Below the pieces are notes generated by a model. The model did no database searches. It saw only the letters and a program-made list of their open reading frames with translations, and was not told where the DNA came from. A program made the position numbers and the translations under genes. Of a stretch of DNA of 64,000 bases, positions 63,197-64,000 are shown piece after piece (the first letter of the stretch is position 1; each line of letters opens with the position of its first letter). Source of the DNA: an uncultured Bacteroidaceae bacterium (GTDB taxonomy: Bacteria; Bacteroidota; Bacteroidia; Bacteroidales; SM23-62); contig CAVYEL010000006.1 of NCBI GenBank assembly GCA_963767555.1, positions 209,178 to 273,177 on the forward strand. Direction: 5' to 3'.

Positions 63197-63409
63197 TAAA
63201 TTTATGGTTTAATTACAATACAATGTAATGTGATTATATGGAGAAATAATTTCATATAAATGTTGTGAAATTTAAGCTCATATACAAATTGATTTCGGAT
63301 ACTCAGATCTGATATATTATCTCACGTATTTGAAAACATTAAGGGATCCAGCCAATGAAATAAACAACTTAAAATTTGTAACTTCAATCCGGCAATCACA
63401 TCCAATAAA

Positions 63410-64000
63410 TTGGCAGGGCAAAACAAAATAAACCTTAACCTCAATGTCAGGGGGCTTGGCCCTTCTGCAACATTAGCCATAAATGAGAAATCTCAGGAAT
63501 TAGAGAAACAGGGAAGATCTGTTTATCGCCTGGGGCTTGGACAATCCCCTTTTCCGGTTCCCGGGAGGGTGATCCAGGCTTTGCGGGACAATGCGCATCA
63601 AAAGGCCTATTTACCGGTGAAAGGTCTCTATTCTCTCCGGGAGGCTGTGGCTTCCTTCAACATGAGAATCCAGGGAATCGAAACACAGCCTGAGAATGTG
63701 ATGATCGGACCGGGGTCAAAGGAGCTGATTTTCATCCTGCAACTGGTGTATTATGGAGATCTTGTGATTCCTACGCCTTCCTGGGTTTCTTATTCACCAC
63801 AGGCCAGGATCATTGGGCGGCATGTATACTGGGTACCTACTGAATCTGATAATTTCTGGAGGCTAAGCCCTGAACAACTAGATAAGATCTGCCGGACTGA
63901 TCCTGACAGGCCCAGGATCGTAATCCTGAATTATCCATCTAATCCATCAGGCTACACGTATCCGCTGGAACGATTAAAAGAACTGGCTCAGGTGGCCAGG
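63410..64000 (+). CDS. class I/II pyridoxal-phosphate aminotransferase, 3' end cut by the window; start uncertain
   Basis: Open frame to the window end reads NVRGLGPSATLAINEKSQELEKQGRSVYRLGLGQSPFPVP...VILNYPSNPSGYT. The only in-frame start after the upstream stop is TTG 63410. The nearby ATG at 63355 is out of frame. Confidence 0.6.
   Translation, partial: MAGQNKINLNLNVRGLGPSATLAINEKSQELEKQGRSVYRLGLGQSPFPVPGRVIQALRDNAHQKAYLPVKGLYSLREAVASFNMRIQGIETQPENVMIGPGSKELIFILQLVYYGDLVIPTPSWVSYSPQARIIGRHVYWVPTESDNFWRLSPEQLDKICRTDPDRPRIVILNYPSNPSGYTYPLERLKELAQVAR

Overview
This 64-kb chromosomal segment is of Bacteroidota type. It carries the T9SS/gliding genes porV-porU and porP(sprF)-gldJ, lipoprotein and TAT signals, and TTTG/TAnnTTTG-like promoter boxes.

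Layout:
- 0-29.6 kb is mostly housekeeping: hutU, ispF, murF, ppk1, folC, the LemA/TPM module, the T9SS genes, a 7TMR-DISM histidine kinase and a stand-alone response regulator.
- 29.7-40 kb is the accessory block. It holds a decaying IS1634-family element with 13-bp terminal inverted repeats and ~120-bp flanking direct repeats. It also holds tRNA-Val(TAC), whose last 17 nt recur twice downstream and bracket a ~7.2-kb integrase-less islet. The islet contains AT-rich hipBA with operator-like repeats, a three-gene operon (small membrane ORF, T9SS-CTD protein, fibre-like protein ending in a C1q/TNF-like domain), a signal-peptide nitroreductase and a Cys-type sulfatase.
- 40-64 kb encodes mainly exported (TAT/Sec) oxidoreductases and hydrolases, plus metY, an FtsX-type permease, a GH3 enzyme and a ceramidase-like protein.

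A dominant technical feature is at least 40 reading-frame breaks by hand count. Those I localised are single-base indels at short homopolymers, so most interrupted genes are probably assembly or sequencing artefacts rather than true pseudogenes. The exception is the IS transposase, which also has an in-frame TAG.

I saw no rRNA, CRISPR array or integrase. The best candidate for uncharacterised biology is the T9SS-CTD / C1q-like fibre operon inside the tRNA-Val islet, but nothing here proves a new system.
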